From: Candidatus Jordarchaeales archaeon
GTDB taxonomy: Archaea > Asgardarchaeota > Jordiarchaeia > Jordiarchaeales > Freyrarchaeaceae
Length of the DNA: 32,000 nucleotides
NCBI GenBank assembly: GCA_038889235.1
Contig: JAWAHN010000001.1
Span: forward strand, 644,499 to 676,498
Direction of reading: 5' to 3'
The position numbers and the translations under genes were made by a program. Each line of letters opens with the position of its first letter. The stretch's first letter is position 1. The notes under the pieces are model-generated. The model did not search any database. It had not been told where the DNA came from and was given only the letters and a program-made list of their open reading frames with translations. Of this stretch, positions 18,070-26,259 are shown one piece after another.

Positions 18070-19431
18070 ATGGTTTTGGATGCTTTGGGTGAGGGGCTGA
18101 GGAACGCCATTAGTAAGCTTCTTCGTTCGACTGTTGCGGATAGGGAGGCTGTTAGAGAGCTTGTAAGGGAAATGCAGCGTGTTTTACTTTCCTCCGACGT
18201 CAATGTTGAGCTTGTGCTCCGCCTCTCAGAAAATATTGAGAGGAGGGCGCTCGAGGAGGAGCTACCCTTAGGTATTAGTAGAAGAGAACATATTGTTAAG
18301 ATCGTTTACGATGAGTTGGTGAAGATTTTAGGTGGTAGACCGCGTGGTTTGAATATTAAGCCTGGACGATTAAATGTTATAATGCTGGTTGGGATACAGG
18401 GTTCCGGGAAAACAACCACGGCAGCTAAGCTAGCGAAGTATTTAGTTAAACGGGGATTCAAGGTTGGGCTCGTTTGTGCAGACACATTCCGCTTAGGGGC
18501 CTATGAGCAACTCAGCCAGCTGGCTGAGTCTATTGGTGTACCTTTCTTTGGGGACGTTAATAGCAAGAGCAGCGTTGATGTCGCCAGAAGGGGGATTGAG
18601 TTCTTCCGGGAAAAGGGGGTTGACGTAGTAATAGTTGATACCGCTGGAAGGCATAAGAACGAAGCAGACCTTATGGAGGAAATGAAGGAAATCGCTAATG
18701 CCATTAAGCCTACTGAAATAATACTTGTTGTTGATGGAACTTTAGGTCAGCAAGCGATGGTTCAAGCTAAGGCGTTTAAAGAAGCCACAGATATAGGCTC
18801 AATAATTGTAACGAAACTTGATGGCACTGCTAGGGGTGGAGGGGCGCTTTCAGCGGTAGCTGCAACGGGTGCGCCTATAAAATTTATAGGGATAGGAGAA
18901 AAACTGGACGACATAGAAGCCTTTGACCCTGTTGGCTTTGTAGGGCGGCTTCTGGGAATAAGCGATTTGCGTGCGCTCCTTGAAAAAGTAAGAGAAGCGG
19001 AAATTAAGCCCGAAAAAGAGGAAGTAGTGGCTTTACTCACAGGTCGCTTCACATTGAAGGACTTCTTCAGGTGGATGGAGCAGGCTAGGAAAATGGGACC
19101 TGTGGGGAGGATCTTTGAGCTAATGGGCTTATCTGGCATACCAAAAGAGCTTAGAGAGGTCGCTGAGACAAAACTTGAAAGGTGGAAAGTTATAATGCAG
19201 TCTATGACAAAAGAAGAACTGGAGAACCCTAAGATACTTAACAGGTCGAGGGTGAACAGAATTGCAAGAGGGTCTGGGACTACGCCTAAAGAGGTCAAGG
19301 AACTAATAGACCAATATTTTGCGGCGAAAAAAATGGTTAAGGTACTAGGCAAGAGGAGAATGCGTGGAAAGGGATTGCCACTTCACGGCTTTTCCTTAGA
19401 CCAAATGGGGAAGCTAGTGGGAAAAACATGA
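18070..19431 (+). CDS. srp54: Signal recognition particle protein SRP54
   Basis: GIQGSGKTTT, DTAGRH, TKLDG.ARGGGALS; M domain with SRVNRIARGSG. Confidence 0.97.
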   Translation: MVLDALGEGLRNAISKLLRSTVADREAVRELVREMQRVLLSSDVNVELVLRLSENIERRALEEELPLGISRREHIVKIVYDELVKILGGRPRGLNIKPGRLNVIMLVGIQGSGKTTTAAKLAKYLVKRGFKVGLVCADTFRLGAYEQLSQLAESIGVPFFGDVNSKSSVDVARRGIEFFREKGVDVVIVDTAGRHKNEADLMEEMKEIANAIKPTEIILVVDGTLGQQAMVQAKAFKEATDIGSIIVTKLDGTARGGGALSAVAATGAPIKFIGIGEKLDDIEAFDPVGFVGRLLGISDLRALLEKVREAEIKPEKEEVVALLTGRFTLKDFFRWMEQARKMGPVGRIFELMGLSGIPKELREVAETKLERWKVIMQSMTKEELENPKILNRSRVNRIARGSGTTPKEVKELIDQYFAAKKMVKVLGKRRMRGKGLPLHGFSLDQMGKLVGKT

Positions 19432-19994
19432 GACATTTCTATATAGTATTGAATGCTATCCCTGTGATTTCAAAAAGGGAAGTCGATCACGGGCAGTTGA
19501 GCGACGAAGTGGCTGAACTTTGTTCCTGTATTAGAGCGGCGCTTTTCCTCTCTCACGACATAAGACGTGATGTTAGAGTCCACCTCATACTACTCGGAGA
19601 GAGAAAAGACGTGGTAATTTCCGGTGAAAGTGTCAGGTACCTCTCTCCTGACGAGAGGTCGCTTTGCATGCTTTTAATTAAGTTCAGTGAGAGGAAAACT
19701 AGGAAACCTTGGAGAGGCGTTTGCGTAAAAGAATTCGCTTCCCTCCGAGAGATATTCCCCTCAGACGGTGTGCTAATAGTTCCTAATGATGAAAGAGACG
19801 AACTTCAGCAAGTAGAAAATTTGAAAGAGGTCATGTTAATTGTTCCATTGAATCCATTAGGAAAGTTAGAAAGAGAGTTGGATAATGTAAAAAAGCTGCA
19901 TGTTAAAGTTTGCGGTAAACTTGACCCAAGTAGTCTTATAACTGTTATAAACAACCGAATCGATATAACGGAGGAGCAACAATGTTCCCTCTAA
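19428..19994 (+). CDS. trmY: TrmY-like (tRNA pseudouridine-54 N1-methyltransferase, SPOUT) homologue, degenerate
   Basis: ALFLSHDIRRDV and SPDERS motifs, C-terminal ITVINNRID; sits between srp54 and pus10 with overlapping start/stop codons. Confidence 0.7.
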   Translation: MRHFYIVLNAIPVISKREVDHGQLSDEVAELCSCIRAALFLSHDIRRDVRVHLILLGERKDVVISGESVRYLSPDERSLCMLLIKFSERKTRKPWRGVCVKEFASLREIFPSDGVLIVPNDERDELQQVENLKEVMLIVPLNPLGKLERELDNVKKLHVKVCGKLDPSSLITVINNRIDITEEQQCSL

Positions 19995-21352
19995 ATAAAG
20001 CCCTTGAAATGCTCGAAAGAACCCCGCTTTGCAACAGCTGCTTAGGTAGACAGTTCGCCCTTTTAGGAATGGGGTCAAACAACCCGAACAGAGGGTATGC
20101 ACTTAAAATGGTTCTAACCATGGCCGCAGCACATATGCTCAGAGATAAACCAGAAGAGGGGACGAGAATACTCAGGATACTTGCAACGAACGGCATGTTT
20201 CAGCCAGCTGTTGAGACCCTAGAGAAAGAGGGTATGAAAGTTGAGAAAGATGAGAAAAAATGCTACATCTGCGGTGGACTTATGATGAAGAAAAAAGAGA
20301 TAGCAGAGAAAGTCGTAGAAGTGCTGAAAAACTACGATTACAGAAACTTCCTCATCGGATGCCACGTCCCCTCGTCACTGACAGAAAAAGATGATGAGCT
20401 TAAGGCGACACACCAAATAGACACCGGCGAAACGATAAAGGCGGAATTTAATAGAGAAGTTGGAAAGATAGTTTCAGCAATGACGGGAAAACCTGTTGAT
20501 TTCAAGAACCCCGATGTGGTCGCCATAGTAAACCTCGAAAGTCTAGACGTCACAGTAAATTCTAACCCACTGTACATAGGAGGACGTTACCTAAAACACG
20601 TCAGAGGCATACCGCAAACCAAGTGGCCCTGCAGAGTCTGCAAGGGTAAAGGATGCCCGAGATGCGGGGGAACCGGGAAGATGTACAGCGAGTCTGTTGA
20701 AGAGTTAATCCTCCCACCTATACTTGAGGAAACAAGAGGGGACGAGGGGAAATTCCATGGAGCAGGAAGGGAAGATATAGATGCAAGAATGCTTGGAACA
20801 GGTAGACCGTTCATAGTTGAAATTAAGAACCCGAAGAGGCGCAACATAGACTTAAAGCTCCTAGAAGAGAAGATAAACGCTTATGCCCAAGGGAAAGTGG
20901 AAGTGCATTCCCTGCAATTTGCAGTAAAGGAAAACGTGCGACAACTTAAAGCATTATCACAATTTGCCCCTAAGACTTACAGGGCGCTTGTTAAACTAGA
21001 CAGAGAAGTAACACCACAGGAGCTAGAAGAATTAGAGAAGCGACTTGCAGGACAAACAATAAGGCAAAAGACACCTAGGAGGGTCGCTCATAGAAGAGCA
21101 ATAAAGACCAGGCTCAAAAAAGTTTACCAAGTTCAGGCTAAACAAATAGACCCACAAACCATAGAGTTAACAGTAACATGCCAGGGAGGATTGTACGTAA
21201 AAGAACTTGTGACCGGCGACAAAAGAAGAACCAGGCCAAGCGTGGCAGAAATCCTCCAAACGAAAGCAGAGTGCGTGGAATTAGACGTTATAGACGTTGG
21301 TACCGCGATTCCACAAGAAACAGTACAGCAAAACGAGAAAAAAGCCACGTAG
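19982..21352 (+). CDS. pus10: tRNA pseudouridine(54/55) synthase Pus10
   Basis: LCNSCLGRQF, GGRYLKHVRGIPQTKW, FHGAGREDIDARMLGTGRPF, GGLYVKELVTGD..RT.PS. Confidence 0.95.
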   Translation: MFPLNKALEMLERTPLCNSCLGRQFALLGMGSNNPNRGYALKMVLTMAAAHMLRDKPEEGTRILRILATNGMFQPAVETLEKEGMKVEKDEKKCYICGGLMMKKKEIAEKVVEVLKNYDYRNFLIGCHVPSSLTEKDDELKATHQIDTGETIKAEFNREVGKIVSAMTGKPVDFKNPDVVAIVNLESLDVTVNSNPLYIGGRYLKHVRGIPQTKWPCRVCKGKGCPRCGGTGKMYSESVEELILPPILEETRGDEGKFHGAGREDIDARMLGTGRPFIVEIKNPKRRNIDLKLLEEKINAYAQGKVEVHSLQFAVKENVRQLKALSQFAPKTYRALVKLDREVTPQELEELEKRLAGQTIRQKTPRRVAHRRAIKTRLKKVYQVQAKQIDPQTIELTVTCQGGLYVKELVTGDKRRTRPSVAEILQTKAECVELDVIDVGTAIPQETVQQNEKKAT

Positions 21353-21403
21353 AAAGAGGGCAAAAAATTTATCTAAGACTCATCTACTTTCTTTCATGAT
21401 GGT

Positions 21404-21514
21404 GGGCCCGTAGCTCAGCTAGGTAGAGCGGCAGAAAATGAACGCCGAAGCTCATAACCTGTTGGTCCAGGGTTCGAATGTGATAAAACGCCGAAAATCC
21501 CTGCGGGCCCACCA
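21404..21514 (+). tRNA. tRNA-Ile2(CAT) with two introns (elongator Met is the less likely alternative)
   Basis: GGGCCCG/CGGGCCC, A73, CCA; the G31-C39 pair and GGGCCC acceptor fit archaeal Ile2. Introns at 21435-21449 (30/31) and 21479-21497 (59/60), both clean BHBs. Spliced length 77 nt. Confidence 0.85.
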
Positions 21515-21543
21515 CCATTCAAAATGTTAAAGCAAGCAATCCT

Positions 21544-21556
21544 AAAAGCTTTTAAA
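21544..21556 (+). promoter_or_regulatory. BRE/TATA promoter of tRNA-Glu
   Basis: AAAAGC-TTTTAAA about 29-41 nt upstream of the mature 5' end. Confidence 0.55.
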
Positions 21557-21584
21557 TCCGTTTTCTATTCTATTTCGTGCTAGT

Positions 21585-21715
21585 GCCTCGGTGGTGTAGC
21601 CCGGCCAAATTTAATGATGCTGAAAGCATAAGGGGCTTAGGAGTAAATCCGCCCAATCGACCCCTTGACCCGGGTGGTTAAGAGCCAGGGAATTCAAATC
21701 CCGGCCGAGGCACCA
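21585..21715 (+). tRNA. tRNA-Glu(TTC) with three introns, one splitting the anticodon
   Basis: GCCTCGG/CCGAGGC, A73, CCA; Glu-type D arm (GTGT/GCAT) and 4-nt variable loop. Introns at 21608-21624 (20b/21), 21639-21656 (34/35) and 21675-21692 (53/54). Spliced length 78 nt. Confidence 0.88.
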
Positions 21716-21842
21716 ATCACTTCTAATTTTTGACAAAGCTAAAGTTATTACAAGAAACTAAACGAGATTCCCTCTTTGTTAGGAGCCGCGAGAAAAAGTC
21801 CAAAATGTTCTGGAAATGGGCTTTAGGGAAAATATGATGTAA

Positions 21843-21980
21843 TGGCGCCGGGGGCAGGATTTCCGTGGGAGGACCCCATCTCGAACTTCCGCCCTTTTTA
21901 GGGGCTGCGACCACCGGGTTAACAGCCCGGCGCTTTAGGCTACTTTAAGCGGTGATCTACCTGGTCTGAGCTACCCCGGC
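21843..21980 (-). tRNA. tRNA-Asn(GTT) with three introns
   Basis: GCCGGGG/CCCCGGC, G73, CCA; CCGGG-CT-GTT-AA-CCCGG. Introns at 21935-21956 (22/23), 21887-21904 (52/53) and 21860-21879 (59/60). Spliced length 78 nt. Confidence 0.92.
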
Positions 21981-22206
21981 TCATGTTTAGTATTATGCTT
22001 CGTGTTCTTAAATGTTTCTAGTGCCGCTTTTCTATACCTTGTTTATGAAGGTTGCACGCTTCTTTGCGGCTTTTAGAAAACGGCGGAAATGTTATAGTGG
22101 AGGTTTTGGATGTTGTGGTGCTTGCTATGCTGTACATTTAAAGGAAAACTATAAAAGTTGCATTGTTCAAGGTTTTTAGTAGCTTGAAGAAGGAGGTTTT
22201 TGTCTT

Positions 22207-22413
22207 TTGTCTAAGAAGAGGAGGAGTGATGAGGCGCCTCTTCCTGCAACAAGCGCAGGCCTTATAAGGTTTTTCGAGGAAGAGAGCGCAGGTATAAAAA
22301 TTAGCCCGTTCACGGTGGTTATTATAGCGGTCTTCATAATTATTGTTGTTGGCTTTGCAGTTTACCTGAGTAGTGGAGGAGAAGTATTGAAACAATTAGT
22401 TACATTTCGCTAG
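22207..22413 (+). CDS. secG: Preprotein translocase subunit Sec61-beta
   Basis: P.TSAGLIRFFEEE...IKISP followed by one hydrophobic transmembrane segment. Confidence 0.88.
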   Translation: MSKKRRSDEAPLPATSAGLIRFFEEESAGIKISPFTVVIIAVFIIIVVGFAVYLSSGGEVLKQLVTFR

Positions 22414-22422
22414 CCTTTTAAC

Positions 22423-23073
22423 TTATAAGTCTTGTTGCAGTTCACTTGCTCCTTTTGGTCTAAGAAGAATATAGGGTCCCATTCTAAGGCGGCTTGCTTC
22501 TTCTTCAGACATTTCTTCTACTTTAATTTTTTCTTGGTCTTGCGGTATTATCATTCCGTTTCCGAGAGGATCCTCTAGGATTATTGTGAATTTCAGGTGT
22601 CCGTCTATTGCTTTCTGGATGCTTTGTATTGCTTGCTGGCACTTTTGAGTCTCTTGGGGTGTTGTTGACCAGTTTTTCAACGTTTGTGCAATGTCCAGAA
22701 AACGGTGTAAGACACCTTCCACGTTTGTTATGAATGGCTGTGCTGCTGGTCCCGGTTCTAGGATTGCACCGAGTTCTGGGATTCTTATGGTGCTTGTAAC
22801 GGAACGTATTACTTTGGATGAGAGATCTGATGGTTCCCTAACTTGTAGAATGTACCTCATGGGTTTTCCAAATCTCATGCTCACCACGTCACTTACTCTT
22901 AGATTGCAGTTACTGCATTTAACGGTTACTAGCAACACTTCGTGGAAAAACGGTACATCTACATGCACTTGAGTCGTCTTTGCTTTACTACCGCAGGATG
23001 GGCATGTAATTTCCTCTTCTACTGCTTCTTCAGATGCGTGATTCGAGGTATTCGATGAGTTTTTCGGCTTCAT
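22423..23073 (-). CDS. ZPR1-type zinc finger protein
   Basis: CPSCG...VPFF.EV...C.NC, KVIRS....IRIPELG..LEPG, ITNVEGVL.R, LEDPLGNG; start uncertain (overlaps the rpa stop). Confidence 0.88.
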   Translation of the reverse strand: MKPKNSSNTSNHASEEAVEEEITCPSCGSKAKTTQVHVDVPFFHEVLLVTVKCSNCNLRVSDVVSMRFGKPMRYILQVREPSDLSSKVIRSVTSTIRIPELGAILEPGPAAQPFITNVEGVLHRFLDIAQTLKNWSTTPQETQKCQQAIQSIQKAIDGHLKFTIILEDPLGNGMIIPQDQEKIKVEEMSEEEASRLRMGPYILLRPKGASELQQDL

Positions 23074-24712
23074 CCTCTGGGCTCGCCTCCTTGAATGAGT
23101 AAACTATAAGCGTAGTTTTACCAGTCGAAGGGTTAAATATAGCCTTAGCCGTTAGAACTAACTCTTTGCCTTCCAGGAAGGAGGCTCTCGTTTTTAGTAA
23201 AGGTGAGATGTCTCCCTCTTTTCTCATGAACTCGTATGCTTCTTTCGCGGTTACCCCTAAAAGCTTTTCAGCTTCTTTACCAAAGAAAATAGCCTTCACT
23301 ACACTTGTTCCATCATCAATCAACACGTGGGCGGCAAGGAGTAGTTTGGGTTCAACTGTTTTACAGGTACTGCACAGTCTTTCGGAGACTAATCTCTTGC
23401 TACAAATTGGGCATATTTCGTAAACGATTCTCTTTCGCATAAGGCGTATTATCGTCCCTCTAACTTCCACGAATTCACCGTCTTCCAACTGGGAGAGGAA
23501 CTTACGCGATGGAAGTTTCTTTGGGGGGGCTTGTTCAAGCGGTTCTTCCAATGGTATAAGCTCGACTTTTGAAAAGCGTCCTATGTGAACTTCCACCTTC
23601 CCCTCTAACCCTATTTTAGTATAGCCACCCTTTATCTTCAGCGTATCACCTATCTCCGCGTTAGCGACGATTTCAGCTTGCTCCCCCCACGCAACCACTC
23701 TCACTTTCCCCGTGTCATCTGCTATTACGAGAGAAGACATTACCCCTACAGATCCATCTATTCTAGTAAATTCCTTCGTGCTTGGTAACTCGACAACTTT
23801 ACCCTCTACGTCTACCGCTAACATTCCTGGTTCCAAGTCGTTTATTTTTGCCAGTTTCCCTTTCTCGGACTCTTTGCCTGGGATGATGGTTACCCGCGCA
23901 AGTCTCCCGGCGTGGATTTCCACGTCTCCCTGAAGACCAAGCTTAGTGTATCCTCCTTCTATCCTCAATATGTCTCCTTCCTTGACTGTGTCTACGACAT
24001 CAGCATTCTCATCCCAGAAAACCGCTCTCACACTTCCAGTTTCGTCAGAAAGTATGATGGATTTTCTTTTTCCCTCTCCAAGCTCTCTGCTAAACACGGT
24101 TGTTGGATAAACTCTTTGAACAACGGCCTCCACGTCTACATCCCACATTTCAGGTAGAAGGTCGCCTAGCCTAAACAACCTTTTCTCTGTCAATGGGTAT
24201 TCTCTTTCATCAACGTCGCCCGGTTCAATGTCTAGAAAGCCGCCTTTCCCTAAGTGGACCTCTAACTCCCCCCTTAGCCCCTCCCGAATATACCCCTTAA
24301 CAACGCGCACTATCATGCCTTCCTTTATAGCTCCTTTCTCCACGAGACTAACGTGGTCCCCCCACAACACTACGCGAATGTCGCCCGTTATGTCACTTAT
24401 GACTATGCTGGCAACCTTACCTTGTACGCCTCTTTTTTCGAAAACTCTTACTGGGTGAATGCGTTTCACTCTTCCCGTGATGGTAACATTTCGCATATCG
24501 GGTTTCAAGTCCCTCACATATATCTTAACCGGTTTATATTCGTCTATTTCGGAAAGGTCGACCCCGAGGTCTCTTGCGACGAGATGTAGAGCACCTTCAT
24601 CGCTGATAAGGTCTCCCATCGCTCGCTTTTTCCTTTCAATGAGGTTCTGGAGCTCTGTTCTAGATACACCAGCCTTCTCGACCACGAACCTTACTTTCTC
24701 TTCCAAACTCAA
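23030..24712 (-). CDS. rpa: Replication protein A large subunit (multi-OB fold with Zn finger)
   Basis: Repeated D.TG.(I/V)R.V.W OB folds; CPICSKR...CSTC Zn finger within the last OB fold (IDDGT). Start probably TTG at 24712 after AGGTG; the ORF track starts at 24733. Confidence 0.9.
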   Translation of the reverse strand: MSLEEKVRFVVEKAGVSRTELQNLIERKKRAMGDLISDEGALHLVARDLGVDLSEIDEYKPVKIYVRDLKPDMRNVTITGRVKRIHPVRVFEKRGVQGKVASIVISDITGDIRVVLWGDHVSLVEKGAIKEGMIVRVVKGYIREGLRGELEVHLGKGGFLDIEPGDVDEREYPLTEKRLFRLGDLLPEMWDVDVEAVVQRVYPTTVFSRELGEGKRKSIILSDETGSVRAVFWDENADVVDTVKEGDILRIEGGYTKLGLQGDVEIHAGRLARVTIIPGKESEKGKLAKINDLEPGMLAVDVEGKVVELPSTKEFTRIDGSVGVMSSLVIADDTGKVRVVAWGEQAEIVANAEIGDTLKIKGGYTKIGLEGKVEVHIGRFSKVELIPLEEPLEQAPPKKLPSRKFLSQLEDGEFVEVRGTIIRLMRKRIVYEICPICSKRLVSERLCSTCKTVEPKLLLAAHVLIDDGTSVVKAIFFGKEAEKLLGVTAKEAYEFMRKEGDISPLLKTRASFLEGKELVLTAKAIFNPSTGKTTLIVYSFKEASPEDEAEKLIEYLESRI

Positions 24713-24818
24713 AGAACACACCTGACACCGCATTCTTCACAGAATAACACTTCAAGATATTCTTTTAAGGTTCACGAGAAGGTTTGTTTGAAACAAAGGA
24801 AACGTTTATGGTGAAATA

Positions 24819-25682
24819 ATGTTGGATGAAAAAACACTTGAAAATGTGGTCGTCGAAGGCATTAGGAGAGCTGTTTGCACGGTTCCTTTTGACGTTAAAT
24901 GTGCGTTAAATGATGCTTTAAAAAGAGAAAGCAATGATGTAGCCAGAATACAGCTTGAAGCTATGGTAGAAAACATAAAACTGGCCGAGGAGAGAGGGAT
25001 GCCTATTTGTCAAGACACCGGCATACTACACTTCTACGTATCTTTACCACAATGTACAGATGCAGGACTCATTAAGAGGACGTTGGTGAACGCTACCATT
25101 AGAGCGACGCGTGAAATCCCTTTAAGGCCGAACGCGATTAACCCGCTAACTGGTGAAAACAGTGGAAACAATGTCGGTTTTAATGTGCCATGGATAGAAT
25201 TTGAGCCAAGTTTTAATGAGAATATTGAGATAACAGTTTTCGCTAAAGGCGGAGGGGCGGACAACGCCAGCATGTTAATGTTTCTTCCCGTAGGAGACGG
25301 GCTGGAAGGTGTTAAACGAGGGGTTCTTGAAGCCGTTTTAAGGAGCGGGGGCGGGCCATGCCCCCCCGTAGTTTTAGGCGTTGGCTTTGGAGGAGGAGCA
25401 TATATAGCTATGAAGCTGGCTAAAAAGGCGCTTATGCGCCCACTTTTTGAAAGAAACAATGATCCAAGGATTGCGCAACTAGAAAGCGAGATACTTAGAG
25501 AGGTTAACAGAACAGGGATAGGACCTATGGGTCTTGGAGGGAAGACCACGGCTTTAGGGGTGAACATTGAAGTTGCGCACAGACACCCGGCGTCGTACCC
25601 GATAGTTATCTTGTTTAACTGCTATGTTGTGAGGAGAGCTAGGATCAAGATTTTTCCAGATGGAGGGTGGTCAATTGAGTGA
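24819..25682 (+). CDS. Fe-S hydro-lyase (fumarate hydratase / tartrate dehydratase) alpha subunit
   Basis: PICQDTG, LRPN, GENSGNN, KGGG..N, GGPCPP, GIGPMGLGGKTT, HRHPAS. Confidence 0.9.
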   Translation: MLDEKTLENVVVEGIRRAVCTVPFDVKCALNDALKRESNDVARIQLEAMVENIKLAEERGMPICQDTGILHFYVSLPQCTDAGLIKRTLVNATIRATREIPLRPNAINPLTGENSGNNVGFNVPWIEFEPSFNENIEITVFAKGGGADNASMLMFLPVGDGLEGVKRGVLEAVLRSGGGPCPPVVLGVGFGGGAYIAMKLAKKALMRPLFERNNDPRIAQLESEILREVNRTGIGPMGLGGKTTALGVNIEVAHRHPASYPIVILFNCYVVRRARIKIFPDGGWSIE

Positions 25683-26259
25683 CGGGAGAAACGTTGTGGG
25701 AAAAGAGATGAAGACACCGTTGCTTGAGAAAGATATTAGATCGTTACATGTTGGAGATGTGGTGTTTCTCTCAGGAGTTGTAGTTACAGCCAGAGATGCA
25801 GCGTATAGAAGGATGGCTGAATGCATCCGTTTGGGGAAACCTATCCCAGTGAATTTAAGGGACGGGGTGATATACCACTGCGGCCCCATAGTTAGAGAGA
25901 TTGAAGGAAAAATGGAGGTTGTCTCTGCGGGGCCCACTACGAGTTCCAGAATGGACGCATTTGAACCCCTTATAATAGAACGACTCGGGGTTAGGATGAT
26001 TATTGGTAAGGGAGGAGTTGGAGAGGCAACTGTCGAAGCGATGAAGCGGTTTGGAGCAGTTTATGCAGCGTTCCCTGGAGGAGCAGGTGTCCTTGCTGCT
26101 TCGAAAATTAAGAGAGTTATTGGAGTCGAGTGGGCAGACTTAGGAATGCCCGAAGCGTTGTGGTCCTTGGAAGTTGAAGCTTTCGGACCTTTAATAATCG
26201 CGGTAGACTCTCATGGAAGGTCTCTTTACGCCAGGAAATCTGTAAGTTTTTTCGAGTGA
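25675..26259 (+). CDS. Fe-S hydro-lyase beta subunit
   Basis: L.VGDVV.LSG...TARDAA, YHCGP, GPTTSSRM, IIGKGG, LGMPEA, IIAVDSHG; TTG start after GGAGGGTG. Confidence 0.9.
   Translation: MSDGRNVVGKEMKTPLLEKDIRSLHVGDVVFLSGVVVTARDAAYRRMAECIRLGKPIPVNLRDGVIYHCGPIVREIEGKMEVVSAGPTTSSRMDAFEPLIIERLGVRMIIGKGGVGEATVEAMKRFGAVYAAFPGGAGVLAASKIKRVIGVEWADLGMPEALWSLEVEAFGPLIIAVDSHGRSLYARKSVSFFE

Noticed and set aside
21636-21660. tRNA-Leu(TAG) call assuming a 37/38 intron
   Set aside because: No BHB at 37/38 and no long variable arm; the 34/35 BHB is clean and the body is Glu-type.
22023-22084. Imperfect 11-12 bp inverted repeat and a Cys-rich 44-aa ORF between tRNA-Asn and secG
   Set aside because: Single instance with no supporting start signals; no transposase or target duplication, so not a credible MITE.
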